From Armatimonadota bacterium (lineage in GTDB: Bacteria; Armatimonadota; SYMT01), in contig JAWLHY010000005.1 of NCBI GenBank assembly GCA_041690135.1, positions 307,261-371,260 on the forward strand: DNA of 64,000 nucleotides, in the 5' to 3' direction. How positions within the stretch are numbered: position 1 is the stretch's first letter; each line of letters opens with the position of its first letter. This document shows positions 63,825 to 64,000 of the stretch, one piece after another. The notes under the pieces are model-generated. The model did not search any database and was not told the DNA's origin. It saw only the letters and a list, made by a program, of their open reading frames with translations. A program made the translations under genes and the position numbers.

Positions 63825-64000
63825 CAGGCCTTTCCGCTCATCGCCTTCGTCGCCGACCTTTTATACTCCACCCCTTATGGCGGTCCTCCCTCCGTCGTGC
63901 CGGGGAGGCTGAGAAACTTTCGGACCCGGGCAAGGATGTCGCCGCGGGCTTCCGAGAGGCGCGCCGCACGGGCGTCGGCGTCCAGGGTCTGCAGGACGGT

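Overview
64 kb of GC-rich bacterial chromosome. The gene content (FPVFARARE-type DUF1559 prepilin, RicT next to metG, FlgM, DUF1501/DUF1553 and sulfatases) suggests Armatimonadota; this is an inference. About 50 housekeeping, catabolic and stress genes; I saw no tRNA, rRNA, CRISPR array, transposase or prophage. Signals missed by the ORF track: (1) a probable selenoprotein, a glutaredoxin-like gene at 54539-54790 with in-frame TGA in a U-P-P-C active site, a strong RBS and a SECIS-like hairpin; (2) a recurring GTTT-N15-17-GGGTA promoter motif (SigB/SigF general-stress type) upstream of 6-8 genes, including ctc/L25, BON, PRC-barrel, GH1, DUF892 and probably acnA and the selenoprotein operon; (3) an AcnA with a C-terminal ESFPASDPP tail; (4) 6-9-nt periodic repeats at gene ends, with two heptamer tracts inserted in frame inside conserved enzymes; (5) two ~150-nt candidate structured RNAs and several REP-like elements. 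All family calls come from motif recognition by eye; no database searches were run.
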